64,000 nt of DNA from Alphaproteobacteria bacterium (GCA_965214705.1 CBDCCI010000002.1:1504001-1568000); one strand, 5' to 3'. Shown: positions 1-11,197, counted from the stretch's first letter. Numbers and translations: made by a program. Notes: generated by a model from the letters alone, not told the origin.

Positions 1-60
1 TTCGTGCTCACCGCAGTATTGTTCGTCATCTACAGGCGCGTCTGGGCCAGGCTGCACTAG
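1..60 (+). CDS. 3' end of a membrane-anchored protein, probably cytochrome c1 (partial)
   Basis: Frame 1 reads FVLTAVLFVIYRRVWARLH*, resembling the cytochrome c1 C-terminal TM anchor (..LYxxKRxxWxxxH); only 19 aa visible. Confidence 0.5.
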   Translation, partial: FVLTAVLFVIYRRVWARLH

Positions 61-137
61 CGCAACGTCACACCCCCTCGTCGGGCCGGGCGTGACGGCG
101 GGGCAGGCCGCCGGAACGAACGTGGAGGGAGTGAACC

Positions 138-1844
138 ATGGCCCAACCCACAGGCTCACAGCACACCGATCCCAAGAGCGATATCGACATCGCGCGGGCA
201 GCCACCAAGCGCCCGATCCTCGATCTCGCCCAGGACCGCCTCGGCATCGCGGCGGAGCATCTGGTCCCCTACGGCCACGACAAGGCGAAGATCACCCTCG
301 ACTACATCGGCTCGCTGCAGGACCGGCCCGACGGCAAGCTGATCCTGGTGACGGCGATCACGCCGACCCCGGCGGGCGAGGGTAAGACCACCACCACGGT
401 CGGCCTCGGCGACGGCCTCAACCGGATCGGCAAGAAGGCCGTCATGGCGCTGCGCGAGCCGAGCCTCGGCCCCTGCTTCGGCGTAAAGGGGGGTGCTGCC
501 GGCGGCGGCTACGCCCAGGTGGTGCCGATGGAGGACATCAACCTCCACTTCACCGGCGACTTCCACGCCATCGGCGCGGCCAACAACCTGCTCGCCGCGA
601 TGGTGGACAACCACATCTACTGGGGCAACAAGGCCGGCATCGATCCGCGTCGGGTGAGCTGGCGCCGCGTGGTCGACATGAACGATCGCGCCTTGCGCAG
701 CGTCGTCTCGTCGCTCGGCGGCGTCGCCAACGGCTTCCCGCGCGAGGACGGCTTCGACATCACCGTCGCCTCCGAGGTGATGGCGATCTTCTGCCTCTCG
801 CGCGATCTCGACGATCTGCGCGCGCGCCTCGGCAACATCGTGGTCGGGCTCACCCGCGAGCGCGAGCCGGTGCGTGCCAGCGCGGTGAACGCCGACGGTG
901 CCATGACCGCGCTGCTCAAGGACGCGCTCGCGCCCAACCTGGTGCAGACGCTGGAGAACAACCCCGCCCTCATCCACGGCGGCCCGTTCGCCAACATTGC
1001 CCACGGCTGCAACTCGGTGATCGCGACCAGGGCTGCGCTCAAGCTCGCGGACTACGTGGTGACGGAGGCCGGCTTCGGGGCCGATCTCGGGGCGGAAAAA
1101 TTCTTTGACATCAAGTGCCGGAAGGCTGGATTGGCGCCGGATTGCGCGGTGATCGTCGCGACCATCCGCGCGCTCAAGATGCACGGCGGCGTGGCGCGGG
1201 GCGACCTCGGCACCGAGAACCTGGAGGCGCTTGCGGAAGGCATGGAGAACCTGGCCCGCCACGTGCGAAACGTCCAAAGCTATGGCGTGCCGGCGGTGGT
1301 GGCGATCAACCGCTTCTCCGCCGACACCGAGGCCGAGCGCGCGCTGGTGGCGGAGCGCTGCGGCGAGATGGGCGTCACCGCGGTGGAGTGTGATCACTGG
1401 GCCATGGGCGGCGCCGGCTGCGAGGCGCTGGCGCACGAGGTGGTGGGCACGATCGCCTCGAAGCCCTCGTCGTTCCAGCCGCTCTATCCGGACGATCTCA
1501 CGCTCTGGGAGAAGATCGAGACCGTCGCCAAGCGAATCTACGGCGCCGACGGCATCACGGCGGACGCGGCCGTCAGCCGGCGGCTCGACGAGCTTCAGGC
1601 CGGCGGCTTCGGGCACTTCCCCGTGTGCATGGCGAAGACGCAGTACAGCTTCTCGGCCGATGCGGGGCTCAAGAACGCGCCCAGCGGCTTCGAGGTGCCG
1701 ATTCGCGAGGTGCGGCTCTCGGGCGGCGCCGAGTTCGTGGTGGTGATCTGCGGCGCGATCATGACCATGCCGGGCCTGCCGCGCGTGCCCGCCGCCGACA
1801 ACATCGCCGTCGACGAGAACGGCCACATTACCGGGTTGTTCTAG
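138..1844 (+). CDS. fhs: Formate--tetrahydrofolate ligase
   Basis: [13 protein letters not shown]-loop, [33 protein letters not shown]; RBS GGAGG upstream. Confidence 0.97.
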   Translation: MAQPTGSQHTDPKSDIDIARAATKRPILDLAQDRLGIAAEHLVPYGHDKAKITLDYIGSLQDRPDGKLILVTAITPTPAGEGKTTTTVGLGDGLNRIGKKAVMALREPSLGPCFGVKGGAAGGGYAQVVPMEDINLHFTGDFHAIGAANNLLAAMVDNHIYWGNKAGIDPRRVSWRRVVDMNDRALRSVVSSLGGVANGFPREDGFDITVASEVMAIFCLSRDLDDLRARLGNIVVGLTREREPVRASAVNADGAMTALLKDALAPNLVQTLENNPALIHGGPFANIAHGCNSVIATRAALKLADYVVTEAGFGADLGAEKFFDIKCRKAGLAPDCAVIVATIRALKMHGGVARGDLGTENLEALAEGMENLARHVRNVQSYGVPAVVAINRFSADTEAERALVAERCGEMGVTAVECDHWAMGGAGCEALAHEVVGTIASKPSSFQPLYPDDLTLWEKIETVAKRIYGADGITADAAVSRRLDELQAGGFGHFPVCMAKTQYSFSADAGLKNAPSGFEVPIREVRLSGGAEFVVVICGAIMTMPGLPRVPAADNIAVDENGHITGLF

Positions 1845-1916
1845 CTCTCAGGCACCATTGTCGCGTGGCCGGCATCAGCGCGGCCCGGTCGCCATGGTTG
1901 GGTTGCTGGGAGAAAG

Positions 1917-4280
1917 ATGTTGAACAACTCTCATCTCCATCAATCCAAAGGGCGACGTAACCGTCATTTTCTGCGTTTCGTACTCCATGTCGCCGTTCCG
2001 CTTTGTGCCACGACCCTGATCCTGGGCGCGTGCCACAAATTCGTGGATGGGGACGAAGACGAGCAAGAGGCGTGCGTCGAGACTCACGACCGGGGCTGCG
2101 TTCTTGAGCCCGAATTCGAGGCATTGGTACAGGAAATCGCGGCTGAGTATGCCGAGCCGTCGAGCTTCCAGAACCAGTGGGGCCTGGCTGCGATCAACGC
2201 CGACCAAGCGTATGCGAACCTGGAGCTGGAGTTCGGGCCCGGTGTCGCGCCCGGCGAGGGCATCACCGTCGGCGTGCTGGATACGGGGATTGACGGAGCC
2301 GACCCTGCGTTCAGGGACAAGACCGTCATCGAACGGTTTCTACCAGGCGCGAACGATGAGGTCGGGAACGAGACTTCTCACGGTACCGCGGTAGCCAGCA
2401 TTCTTGCCGGAGAGGATATCCCCGGTTTCCCGCACGACGCGCAGGGCGTGGCCTGGGGCGCCGACCTCGTCGTCTTCGCGATCCCGCTGGGCGAAGCGCC
2501 CGAGTTGTACAACCCGATTGCGATAAGCTTGCTGCCGGAAGTCGCAAGAGCTTTCAAGGCTGACTTCGAAGAGATACTCGCATGGCGGTTCGGCTCCCGG
2601 AGCATCGATTTCCTGAACTTGAGCCTTGGCGTCTCGGGAATTATCGAGAACTACGGCGAAGAAGTCGTTCGCGAGCCTTTCGCACCCTTGCTCCCCGTAA
2701 TGCTCCAGGAAGGTGCCGAAGAGAAGGTCGTTTTTGTCTGGGCAGCGGGAAATTCGCACGGGAGGACATGCGATATCCCGATACCCCAGTGCGTTGACGG
2801 CGCGGTAGAGGCGAGCTCAATCGATTTACTGCCGGGCTTGGCCGTGCACTATCCAGAATTGCAGGAGACGACAGTCGCCGTCGTGGCTATACGCCCGGAT
2901 GGCGAGATTGCCGACTTCTCCAACCGCTGCGGCATCGCGGCTGACTACTGCCTGGCGGCTCCGGGAGACGACCTTCGGTTTTCCTATTTCGGTCCGGGCC
3001 CGGACGGCCCAGGCTTTCGGGGCGTTGGGGTTGGGGGCGGCACGTCGTTCGCCGCACCGATGGTGACCGGCGGCCTCGCCGTGATGAAGCAGTATTTCCG
3101 GGGCCAGGTCTCCAACACGGACCTGTTGGCGAGGCTCCTCGAGACCGCGAAGCGCACCGGCCTCTACGCCGAGTCGGCAATCTACGGTCGCGGCCTCATG
3201 GATCTGGGTGCCGCGACCTCGCCCGTGGGGGCGACGGTCGTCGCCATGGGCGAACGGGTGGGAAGTGCGGGTGCCGCATTGAGCGGTTCGAACTTGCAAC
3301 TCGGCCTCGCCTTCGGCGATGCGCTCGCTCCCGTTCTCGAAGGCCAACAGATCGCCGCGTTCGATACACTCGGCGCGCCGTTCTGGTACGACATCGACAC
3401 GATGGTGAGCGCTGCAGCGAGGCCCGCGCTGCACGATCGTTTCCGCGATTTCCAGCAGCTGTCGCTCTCGGAGCCGCTTGGCGCCCCCGCAAGCGCCATC
3501 CGGCTCCCCATCCTTGGAACGCGCGGCGCGCCGCACGGCGCCGCCCCCGGCCTCTATCTCGCGAAAACCGGTGCTCCGGCCGCCTCGAACGCCAACCACT
3601 TCGCTCTCGCCAGACACAGCGTCGTCGCAACCCTGCCGGTCACCGCGAACCTGACCGCCACGGCGCTCACCACGGAAGGACTGGCCCGGCAAAAGCCCGC
3701 GTCCGGCGTTGCGCTGACGTGGCGTGAGCCTGAGACGCCGATTGGTCTCCGGGCCGGCTGGATGGGCGAGCGCCAGACCTTGCTCGGCAGCGAGTCCGAC
3801 GGCGCCTTCGGAGACCTTCAGGCGCACGCCGCGTTCGCGGGAGTCGAGGCGGGCACGGAACTCGGCCCGTGGCGCCTCGGCGGCAGCGCGGAAATCGGCA
3901 CCGTGACTGCGCAGGCGCACGGCGGCGTGATCCAGGAGATTTCGCCTCTCGCCACCAGCACATTCGCATTGCATGCCACCCGGCAGAATGAGGACGGCAG
4001 CGCGTTTCGTGTGTCGCTGTCGCAGCCGCTCCGCGTGGAGAGAGGTCGGGCGCTGCTCTCACTTCCCTCGGGACGAACGACAGCGGGCGAGGTGATCCGC
4101 AATATCCTGTCTGCCGATGTCGAGCCCGGCGGCAGGCAGGTCGATCTGGCAGTGCAGTGGCAGCAGCCGATGGAGCTCGGGCAGTTGCGCCTCGGCGCCA
4201 CGCTCTCCCACGAGCCGGGCCACCGCAGGAACGCCGACGCTGAGCTAATATTGCTCTCAAGCTGGAGCCACCTCTTCTGA
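1917..4280 (+). CDS. S8 (subtilase) serine peptidase with putative lipoprotein signal and C-terminal beta-barrel (autotransporter-like)
   Basis: Triad motifs VLDTG, SHGTAV, GTSFAAP; oxyanion AAGN; LILGAC lipobox-like; C-terminal amphipathic strands ending in F. Confidence 0.85.
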   Translation: MLNNSHLHQSKGRRNRHFLRFVLHVAVPLCATTLILGACHKFVDGDEDEQEACVETHDRGCVLEPEFEALVQEIAAEYAEPSSFQNQWGLAAINADQAYANLELEFGPGVAPGEGITVGVLDTGIDGADPAFRDKTVIERFLPGANDEVGNETSHGTAVASILAGEDIPGFPHDAQGVAWGADLVVFAIPLGEAPELYNPIAISLLPEVARAFKADFEEILAWRFGSRSIDFLNLSLGVSGIIENYGEEVVREPFAPLLPVMLQEGAEEKVVFVWAAGNSHGRTCDIPIPQCVDGAVEASSIDLLPGLAVHYPELQETTVAVVAIRPDGEIADFSNRCGIAADYCLAAPGDDLRFSYFGPGPDGPGFRGVGVGGGTSFAAPMVTGGLAVMKQYFRGQVSNTDLLARLLETAKRTGLYAESAIYGRGLMDLGAATSPVGATVVAMGERVGSAGAALSGSNLQLGLAFGDALAPVLEGQQIAAFDTLGAPFWYDIDTMVSAAARPALHDRFRDFQQLSLSEPLGAPASAIRLPILGTRGAPHGAAPGLYLAKTGAPAASNANHFALARHSVVATLPVTANLTATALTTEGLARQKPASGVALTWREPETPIGLRAGWMGERQTLLGSESDGAFGDLQAHAAFAGVEAGTELGPWRLGGSAEIGTVTAQAHGGVIQEISPLATSTFALHATRQNEDGSAFRVSLSQPLRVERGRALLSLPSGRTTAGEVIRNILSADVEPGGRQVDLAVQWQQPMELGQLRLGATLSHEPGHRRNADAELILLSSWSHLF

Positions 4281-4308
4281 CGCGGACGACAGCCTGAGTG
4301 GTCTTGCC

Positions 4309-5523
4309 TCACGCCATCGCGGCGCGCAGGCGGCGGTCGATCGCGTCCAGGAAATCCTTGGAGTTGAGCCAGCCCTGGTCGGGGCCGACCAGAATGGCGA
4401 GGTCCTTGGTCATCTCGCCGGCTTCCACGCACTCGATGCAGCAGCGCTCCAGCGTGTCGGCGAAGTCCACGAGCGCCTGGTTGCCGTCGTGCCGGCCGCG
4501 GTGCTTGAGGCCGCGGGTCCAGGCGAAGATCGAGGCGATGGGGTTGGTCGAGGTCTCCTCGCCCCGCTGATAGGCGCGGTAGTGGCGGGTGACGGTGCCG
4601 TGCGCCGCCTCGGCCTCCACCGTCTTGCCGTCGGGCGACATCAGCACCGAGGTCATCAGGCCGAGCGAGCCGAAGCCCTGGGCCACGGTATCCGACTGCA
4701 CGTCGCCGTCGTAGTTCTTGCAGGCCCAGATGAAGGCGCCCTCCCACTTGAGCGCGGCCGCGACCATGTCGTCGATCAGCCTGTGCTCGTAGCCGATGCC
4801 GGCGGCCTCAAAGCGGTCCTTGAACTCGGCCTCGAAGACCTCCTCGAACAGGTCCTTGAAGCGCCCGTCGTAGAACTTGAGGATCGTGTTCTTGGTCGAC
4901 ATGTAGACCGGCCAGCCCCGGTCCAGCCCGTAGTTCATGCAGGCGCGGGCGAAATCGCGGATCGAATCGTCCAAGTTGTACATGGCGAGCGCGACGCCGC
5001 CGCCGGGAAAGTCGAACACCTCCCGCTCGATGGTCTCGCCGCCGTTCGCGGGCTCGAAGCGCACCGTGAGCTTGCCCTTGCCCGGCACCACGAAATCCGT
5101 GGCGCGGTACTGGTCGCCAAAGGCGTGGCGGCCGATCACGATCGGGTGCTCCCAGCCGGGCACGAGGCGCGGCACGTTGCGGCAGATGATGGGCTCGCGG
5201 AACACCGTGCCGCCCAGGATGTTGCGGATGGTGCCGTTGGGCGAGCGCCACATCTTCTTGAGGCCGAACTCCTCGACGCGGGCCTCGTCCGGCGTGATGG
5301 TCGCACACTTGACGCCGACGCCGATCTCCTTGATGGCCTCGGCGCAATCGACCGTGACCTGGTCGTCGGTGGCGTCCCGATGCTCGACGCCGAGGTCGTA
5401 GTAGTGGAGGTCGATGTCCACATAGGGCAGAATCAGCTGGTCCTTGATCCAGGCCCAGATGATTCGCGTCATCTCGTCGCCGTCGATCTCGACGACGGGG
5501 TTGGCGACCTTGATTTTCGCCAT
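4309..5523 (-). CDS. icd: NADP-dependent isocitrate dehydrogenase (type II)
   Basis: [38 protein letters not shown]. Confidence 0.97.
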   Translation of the reverse strand: MAKIKVANPVVEIDGDEMTRIIWAWIKDQLILPYVDIDLHYYDLGVEHRDATDDQVTVDCAEAIKEIGVGVKCATITPDEARVEEFGLKKMWRSPNGTIRNILGGTVFREPIICRNVPRLVPGWEHPIVIGRHAFGDQYRATDFVVPGKGKLTVRFEPANGGETIEREVFDFPGGGVALAMYNLDDSIRDFARACMNYGLDRGWPVYMSTKNTILKFYDGRFKDLFEEVFEAEFKDRFEAAGIGYEHRLIDDMVAAALKWEGAFIWACKNYDGDVQSDTVAQGFGSLGLMTSVLMSPDGKTVEAEAAHGTVTRHYRAYQRGEETSTNPIASIFAWTRGLKHRGRHDGNQALVDFADTLERCCIECVEAGEMTKDLAILVGPDQGWLNSKDFLDAIDRRLRAAMA

Positions 5524-5663
5524 CCGAAGCTCTCCAGGAATGCGTTGCGGGCGAGGGGCCCCGGGGAGGAAGGCGTCGCGGCTAGCGGAGCCGGGCGCAC
5601 CTTAGCAAAGCGGTCCGACCGGTCAAGGACGGGGCTGCCGCGACAGGCGACTAGGAGGGGCGG

Positions 5664-6218
5664 CTAAGCCTCGCCGTTGTCAAGGACGCGAAACAGCTCG
5701 TCGACGGTGCGGACCACGGTGGCGAGGCCGGGTGCGGCAGACGGCGCAAATCCCTCGTCGCTCACATGGTCGAGCAGGTCCTGCAATGGCCCCCAAAAGC
5801 CCTCGCTGTCGAGAACGACGATCGGCTTGTCGAGGAGTCCCAGCTGCTTCCAGGTCAGCACTTCGAAGAACTCGTCGAGAGTGCCGTAGCCGCCTGGCAG
5901 GATCACGAAGCCGTCGGCGCGGTCGAGCATGATGCGCTTGCGCCGGAACATGTCCTCGGTGACCACCGTCTCGGTCAGGCCAGGATGCGCCACCTCGAGG
6001 CTCTCCAGTTTCTCGGGAATCACGCCGATGGCCTTGCCGCCGCCCGCCAGCACCGCATCAGCCACCACCGCCATCAGACCGATGCCGCCGGCGCCATAGA
6101 CGAGCGTAATCCCGCGCTGGGCGAGCGCCGTGCCGAGACTGCGGGCGGCCTCGGCATGGGCCGGGTTGCGGCCCGTTTGAGAACCGCAAAAGACGCAAAG
6201 GGACGCGATCGCCGCCAT
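5664..6218 (-). CDS. LOG family (TIGR00730) nucleotide monophosphate nucleosidase
   Basis: CVFCGS, VYGAGGIGLM, PGGYGTLDE. Confidence 0.92.
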   Translation of the reverse strand: MAAIASLCVFCGSQTGRNPAHAEAARSLGTALAQRGITLVYGAGGIGLMAVVADAVLAGGGKAIGVIPEKLESLEVAHPGLTETVVTEDMFRRKRIMLDRADGFVILPGGYGTLDEFFEVLTWKQLGLLDKPIVVLDSEGFWGPLQDLLDHVSDEGFAPSAAPGLATVVRTVDELFRVLDNGEA

Positions 6219-6393
6219 CGCCGATCTGTTCCTGGTTCAGTGGCTGGACGTGTAGGAGCGCCGCTCTGTAGCAGAGACCGCTGCCGGCCGCCAGCCGTGA
6301 TGACGGCCGGGGTCTCGGTTGCAATGCCCACCGAAGCAACTATGTCAGAATACAGACCCCAAGTGCCGAGGGCAGGACCGAGCGCGGGATTCC

Positions 6394-7368
6394 ATGAAAG
6401 GGTTCAACACCCGTTTCGCCCATCGCCTCGCCTGTCTGCTGCTGGCGATGCTGGCGGGCGTCGTGCTCGCCGGTGCCGCGCCCGCGGCGGAACCGGCGAT
6501 AGAGCCCGATCCGGCAAGCGCGGACCCGGTGGCGCGCGGTGCCTACATCCTGCGCGCGGCCGGCTGCGCCACCTGCCACACCGATGTTGCGGGCGGCGGC
6601 GCGTTTCTCGCCGGCGGGCGCATGATGTCCTCGCCCTGGGGGGCGATCGCCGCGCCCAACATCACGCCGGATCCCGAGACCGGCATCGGCGGCTGGTCCG
6701 ACGAAGACTTCGTCCGCGCGCTGCGTGACGGCAAGTCGCCCGAGGGCCGCACCTACTACCCGGCGTTTCCGTATACCGCGTATGCCGGCATGAAGCGCGA
6801 GGACATGCTCGACCTCAAGGCCTACCTCGACGCGGTGGAGCCGGTCATCGCCGCCAACAAGCCGCACGAGCTGCGGTTTCCGTTCAGCGTGCGGCTCTTC
6901 CTCCATCCCTGGCGCTGGCTCTTCTTCGATCGTGAGCCCGAAGCCGTCATTCCCATCGAGGACGAGCGCCTGGCGCGCGGGCACTATCTCGTGGAAACGC
7001 TGGGCCACTGCGCCGAATGCCACACCCCGCGCAGCATGCTGGGCGCCCTCAAGCGCGGCCCCCACCTGGCGGGATCGCGCTACGGGCCCGGCGGTATCTT
7101 GGTTCCCAACATCACCCCCGATGCCGAGACGGGCATCGGCTCCTGGTCCGAGATCGATCTGGCATTCTTCCTGCGCACGGGCTTCACGCCCTATGGTGAT
7201 GACGTGCAGGGCGAGATGCGGGAAGCCATCGACGACGGCCTGCGCCACCTGACCCAGGAGGATCTGGAGGCCATGGCCGCCTATCTCAAGGCGCTGCCTG
7301 CGATCCGTAACCCGGTGAGCCCAACACCGTCCCCACCCCCGGCGTTTTCGTCGGGCAGCGACTGGTAA
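6394..7368 (+). CDS. Periplasmic diheme cytochrome c (gluconate/aldehyde dehydrogenase cytochrome subunit-like)
   Basis: Signal peptide, two CxxCH motifs (CATCH, CAECH), two PNITPD.ETGIG.WS motifs, YPAFPY. Confidence 0.9.
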   Translation: MKGFNTRFAHRLACLLLAMLAGVVLAGAAPAAEPAIEPDPASADPVARGAYILRAAGCATCHTDVAGGGAFLAGGRMMSSPWGAIAAPNITPDPETGIGGWSDEDFVRALRDGKSPEGRTYYPAFPYTAYAGMKREDMLDLKAYLDAVEPVIAANKPHELRFPFSVRLFLHPWRWLFFDREPEAVIPIEDERLARGHYLVETLGHCAECHTPRSMLGALKRGPHLAGSRYGPGGILVPNITPDAETGIGSWSEIDLAFFLRTGFTPYGDDVQGEMREAIDDGLRHLTQEDLEAMAAYLKALPAIRNPVSPTPSPPPAFSSGSDW

Positions 7369-7446
7369 GGCACCGCGCTGGGCGCGCTGTCACGCCTCGA
7401 CCGACTCGTGTATCGTGACGCTCTCAATGACCGCTAGGCGATTCGA

Positions 7447-10400
7447 GTGAGCGAGACAGGGACTTTCACCAGTCGCGTGGCCGACGTGCTGACGCGGCGC
7501 AAGACGCTTCGCATCGCAGCCCCGGCGGGCGCCGCCGTCGTGGTCGTCGGCGTCCTGCTCGGCGTGTTCCTCACGGGCGGGGACGAACCAGACGAAACGA
7601 CGGGGCAATCCGTCGAAATCGCAGACAGCACGGCCGAAAGCGCCGGCGAAAGCGTGTCGCCGACCGACGATTCCACGACCACAACGGCTGACACGGGCGC
7701 AGCCTCTCAGGCCGAGCCGGCCGACGCAGGGACAGGTGATCCGGCCGATGAGACGGCGCCCGCCACCGCCGACGTCGACGCTCCCACCCCGGCCGAGCCC
7801 AAGCCCCAAGAGAGAGCTGAGGCGCCACCGGTGCCTGCCGACGTTCCGGGCGGCGACATCGATGTCGGCCCGGCGGAGGACGAGACGGTCGGGGCGACCC
7901 CGGCAGCACCCGAGAAGCCGACCGAGACCGCCGCTGTCGAGACACCCGAGGCGGCGCCGACGCCGGCCGACCAGCCGGGCAGCGACACCGATGCCGCTGC
8001 GCAAGATGACGAGACGGCCGAGCCGGATACTGCGGACGATGGCGCGCCTGCGGTCACGGAGACAGGAGACGCCAGCGAAACCGACGTTGCCGCCACGACC
8101 GGTGACGGCACCGCCCCCGCGACCGAGACGGTGGAAGACACGGCCGGCACCGACATGATGGCCGAGGCCGACGACGGCACCGCGCCCGCAACCGAAGACG
8201 ACGCAGCGGTTTCGGCCGGGGCAGAGGCAAGGGACGACGCGGCCGACATCGGCACGATGGCGGAAGCCGACGACAGCACCGCGCCTGCGTCCGAAGACGA
8301 CGTAGCGGTTGCTGACCAGACCGAGACGGCGGAAGACGCGGCCGGTGCCGATACGATGGCGGAGGGCGACGACAGCACCGCGCCCGCGACCGAGGATGAC
8401 GCGGCTGCTACGGCCGAGGGAGAGGCAGCGGACGACGTGGCCGGCACCGGCACGATGGCGGAAGCTGACGACAGCACCGCGCCTGCGACCGAAGAGGATG
8501 CGACTGCTGCGGCCGAGGCAGAGACAGGGGACGACGCGGCCGACACTGGCACGATGGCGGAAGCCGACGACAGCACCGCGCCTGCGTCCGAAGACGACGT
8601 AGTGGTTGCGGCCGGGACAGAGACGGCGGAAGACGCGGTGGCCGCCGACACGATGGCGGCGACCGACGACGCAGCACCGTCAGACGAGCAGGGTATGGCA
8701 GCCGCTCCGGATGCAGCCGGTGCCGAGTCCGAGGCTGAGACTCCGGCAGAGCCACGGAGCGGAGACGCAATGGCATCGGCCGACGTTGCCGGATCCGGTG
8801 CCGCGGACGATGTGGCCACCACGTCTGACTCAGCGGCACCCGAGGACTCGAGCGATGACGCCGCCGCCGAGGTGACATCCGACGCCGAGCAGGACGCAAC
8901 CACCGAGCTGGCGACGGCGGCAGAGCAAGCTGACGCTGACAAGGCGACTCCCGAGACCGAACCTGCGGATGAGCAGGACGAGACGGTTGCTGCGCCGGAT
9001 GACACGGAACCCAGCGTCGGTGAAGGCACTACGGCGACGGCCGAGACAGACGAACTTGCCTCCGATGCCGAGCAAGAGACGGCGACTGCCTCCGAAGACG
9101 CGGCACCGGAAGACGCAACAGGCGCTGACGCTATGGCAGAGGCCGCAGACGGCACCGCGCCTGCCACCGGGGAGGAAGCCGCGGCTACGCCTGAGGCGGG
9201 GGCAATGGACGACGCGGCCGGCACCGACACGATGGCGGCGACCGACGACGGCACTGCGCCTGCCACCGGGGACGATGCGGTGGCTACGCCTGAGGCGGGG
9301 GCAATGGACGACGCGGCCGGCACCGACACGATGGCGGCCACCGATGATAGCACCGTGCCCGCCACCGAAGACGATGCGGCGATTTCGCCTGAAGCAGGGG
9401 CAACGGAAGACGGCGACAGCACCGGCACGATGGCAGCGACCGACGACGGCACGGCTTCCGCCACCGAAGAGGACGAAGACGTTGCGGCCGAACCGGTAGC
9501 GACGGAAGACGCGACCGACGCCGACACGATGGCGGAAGACGATGAGGGCACCCCGTCCGCCACTGACACGATAGCGGCGACCGAAGACGGCACTGTGCCC
9601 GTCTCCGAGGCAGACGCTTCGACGGCTGGGTCCGTAGCGACGGCTGATGGAACCGAAGACGCGGCCGACGAGGGCGAACTCGCTGCCACCGAGGAGGGGG
9701 CACAGGAGACGGAACAGCCCATTGTCGAGACGCGCGTCGTGCCCGACGAGCCGGTGGAACAGGCTGAGGAGCCGACCGTCGCGCCGGATGTGCTGGAGGA
9801 GAGAACGACGGAAGACGAGCCCGCACCGGCTGTGATTCCACCCAGCTTCGATATCGTGCGAATCAAGCCCGACGGCAGCGCGGTGATCGCGGGCCGCGGC
9901 CCGCCCGGCGCCGAGGTCACCGTGAAGAGCGAAACGGTCGACCTGGGTTCGGAGACCGCCAACCGTAGCGGCGAATGGACGCTCCTGCCGGATATCCCCA
10001 TCCCGCCGGGCGACCACCAGTTCTCGGCGGTCGCGACCCTGCCGGATGGCACGCAGGTGGAATCGGATGAGGTGCTCATCGTCTCCATCCCCGATCCCGA
10101 CGAGGACGGGGGATCGGTGCTCGCCCTGCTGACGCCGCGTGACGGCGAAGGCGGCAGCAGGATTCTGCAGAAGCCGGAACCGGCTCCAGAGAAAGTGGAA
10201 CCTGAGCCGGCTCCGGAAGTGGCGGACGAGGAACCGATTGAACTGGCGCGTCCTGATACGACGCCCGAAGATGAGGCCGCCCCAGGCGCGGAACAGCCGG
10301 ACGAGGCCCGTCCGGAAGAGACTCCGCCGGCACCCGATGATACTGAAGTGGCGGCCGTAGACGAGACTCCTGCGGGTGAGGCTCAGCCGGCATCTGAAGA

Positions 10401-11172
10401 TACTGAAGTGGCGGGCGTGGACGAGGCCCCTGCGGCTGAGACTCCGCCGGCACCCGAGGATACCGAGGTGGCGGATGTAGACGAGGCTCCTGCGGCTGAG
10501 ACTCCGCCAGCACCCGAAGATACTGAAATGGCAGGCGTGGATGAGGCCCCTGCGGGCGAGGCTCAGCCCGACGAAGAGCCCATGGACCAAGCCAGCCTGA
10601 CCGAGGACCGCTCCGACGAAACCGACGCGCCGGTCGCCGCGGACGCTGCCGGCGAGGCGACGGCGGATGCGCCGTCAGACGACGCGGAAACCGTGTCCGA
10701 GGCGACGCCAAGCGAGGAGGACGAGGGCTCTCTCGTGGTCGATACGGTCGATTACGACGATGAGGGCGACATGACGATCACGGGATCAGCCGAGCCGGCA
10801 GCCGACCTGCACGTCTATCTTGATGAGCGGCATGTCGGCACCATCGAGAGCGATGCGACCGGCGAATGGGAAGTGTCGCCGGACGACGAGGTCGCGCCCG
10901 GCACCTACACGCTCAGGGTCGATCAGGTCGATCCCGCCGGCGTGGTCCTTGCCCGCATCGAGACGCCGCTGACCCGCGCCCGGCCCGAGGAGCTCTCGTT
11001 CGGCGATGCCATCGTGGTGGTCCAGCCGGGGAACAGCCTCTGGCGCATCGCCCGGCGCACCCTCGGCGGCGGCATCCACTTCACCGAGATCTACGAGGCG
11101 AATCGCAGCCAGATCGCGGATCCCGCGCTGATCCATCCCGGCCAGATATTCACCGTTCCCGAACTCGACTGA
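7447..11172 (+). CDS. Membrane-anchored LysM protein with Ig-like domains and very long acidic repeat regions
   Basis: N-terminal TM helix; PSFDIVRIKPDGSAVIAGR and VDTVDYDDEG Ig-like domains; C-terminal LysM VQPGNSLWRIA..IYEANR.QI.DP.LI.PGQ. Confidence 0.88.
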   Translation: MSETGTFTSRVADVLTRRKTLRIAAPAGAAVVVVGVLLGVFLTGGDEPDETTGQSVEIADSTAESAGESVSPTDDSTTTTADTGAASQAEPADAGTGDPADETAPATADVDAPTPAEPKPQERAEAPPVPADVPGGDIDVGPAEDETVGATPAAPEKPTETAAVETPEAAPTPADQPGSDTDAAAQDDETAEPDTADDGAPAVTETGDASETDVAATTGDGTAPATETVEDTAGTDMMAEADDGTAPATEDDAAVSAGAEARDDAADIGTMAEADDSTAPASEDDVAVADQTETAEDAAGADTMAEGDDSTAPATEDDAAATAEGEAADDVAGTGTMAEADDSTAPATEEDATAAAEAETGDDAADTGTMAEADDSTAPASEDDVVVAAGTETAEDAVAADTMAATDDAAPSDEQGMAAAPDAAGAESEAETPAEPRSGDAMASADVAGSGAADDVATTSDSAAPEDSSDDAAAEVTSDAEQDATTELATAAEQADADKATPETEPADEQDETVAAPDDTEPSVGEGTTATAETDELASDAEQETATASEDAAPEDATGADAMAEAADGTAPATGEEAAATPEAGAMDDAAGTDTMAATDDGTAPATGDDAVATPEAGAMDDAAGTDTMAATDDSTVPATEDDAAISPEAGATEDGDSTGTMAATDDGTASATEEDEDVAAEPVATEDATDADTMAEDDEGTPSATDTIAATEDGTVPVSEADASTAGSVATADGTEDAADEGELAATEEGAQETEQPIVETRVVPDEPVEQAEEPTVAPDVLEERTTEDEPAPAVIPPSFDIVRIKPDGSAVIAGRGPPGAEVTVKSETVDLGSETANRSGEWTLLPDIPIPPGDHQFSAVATLPDGTQVESDEVLIVSIPDPDEDGGSVLALLTPRDGEGGSRILQKPEPAPEKVEPEPAPEVADEEPIELARPDTTPEDEAAPGAEQPDEARPEETPPAPDDTEVAAVDETPAGEAQPASEDTEVAGVDEAPAAETPPAPEDTEVADVDEAPAAETPPAPEDTEMAGVDEAPAGEAQPDEEPMDQASLTEDRSDETDAPVAADAAGEATADAPSDDAETVSEATPSEEDEGSLVVDTVDYDDEGDMTITGSAEPAADLHVYLDERHVGTIESDATGEWEVSPDDEVAPGTYTLRVDQVDPAGVVLARIETPLTRARPEELSFGDAIVVVQPGNSLWRIARRTLGGGIHFTEIYEANRSQIADPALIHPGQIFTVPELD
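8155..8700 (+). repeat. Coding tandem repeat, about 6 x 99 bp (33 aa)
   Basis: ACGATGGCG-like anchor recurs at 8155, 8254, 8353, 8452, 8551, 8650. Confidence 0.9.
9130..9560 (+). repeat. Second block of the same 99-bp coding repeat, about 5 units
   Basis: Anchor recurs at 9130, 9229, 9328, 9427, 9526. Confidence 0.88.
10321..10570 (+). repeat. Coding tandem repeat, about 4 x 60 bp (20 aa, DTEVAGVDEAPAAETPPAPE-like)
   Basis: GATACTGAAGTGGCG-like anchor at 60-bp spacing on consecutive lines. Confidence 0.9.
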
Positions 11173-11197
11173 GGACGCGCTCCACGGCGCGGGGCGC

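Noticed and set aside
7707-10088. 793-aa Ser/Ala/Val-rich minus-strand ORF
   Set aside because: Mirror of the repeat region of the LysM gene
8155-10570. Regularly spaced repeats as a possible CRISPR array
   Set aside because: Periods are multiples of 3, in frame, degenerate at wobble positions, with no unique spacers and no cas genes
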